Of a stretch of 8,899 nt of DNA, positions 8,721 through 8,899 are shown piece after piece. Within the stretch, counting starts at the first letter, position 1, and every line of letters begins with the position of its first letter. Under the pieces are notes generated by a model that saw only the letters and a program-made list of their open reading frames with translations, made no database searches and was not told the origin of the DNA. Both the position numbers and the translations under genes were made by a program. The DNA comes from Octopus sinensis (Eukaryota): the NCBI RefSeq assembly GCF_006345805.1, contig NW_021827989.1:1-8899 (forward strand), given 5' to 3'.

Positions 8721-8899
8721 TTCGAAGACAAATTTGCATTGATTGATAGAAATCGAACTTTTTATTCACTACAGTGCAGATTTTCCGCCTGTCTCTCCTC
8801 CAGCCCGCGGGTTTTTTTTTAAATCATGTTTTTTCCTCTTGTTTTATGTACTTTTTTTTTGTTTTCGTTTACAATAAGAAACACTACAATAACAACAAT

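Noticed and set aside
8758-8803. Polypyrimidine + CAG splice-acceptor-like sites
   Set aside because: No convincing exon or donor site follows; unsupported without transcript data.
1690-8822. Numerous YI/HT/CV/poly-M-rich ORFs in the ORF track
   Set aside because: They are translations of TA/CA/TG/ATC microsatellites that lack stop codons, not proteins.

Overview
AT-rich, microsatellite-dense eukaryotic non-coding DNA with no intact gene. The SINE families resemble Octopus/cephalopod repeats (from recall, not a database search). Almost all ORF-track ORFs are (TA)n/(CA)n artefacts. Mobile-element remnants: a tRNA-derived SINE with an internal duplication (1-392), two converging Tc1/mariner transposase remnants (992-1545), a CR1/L2-type LINE 3' end (2773-3066), a second SINE sharing that LINE's tail (3616-3900), a Helitron-like 3' end (3919-3947) and a decayed Penelope-like (PLE) RT/GIY-YIG remnant (about 5115-6080, minus). 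The main signal is a set of minimal type I hammerhead ribozyme motifs with near-palindromic stem III: 4746-4800 (intact core), 1940-1983 (U4C variant) and 3280-3318 (degenerate). Two of them sit in the loop of long fold-back inverted repeats, and one of those forms the 3' end of the PLE remnant. All alignments and folds were done by eye.
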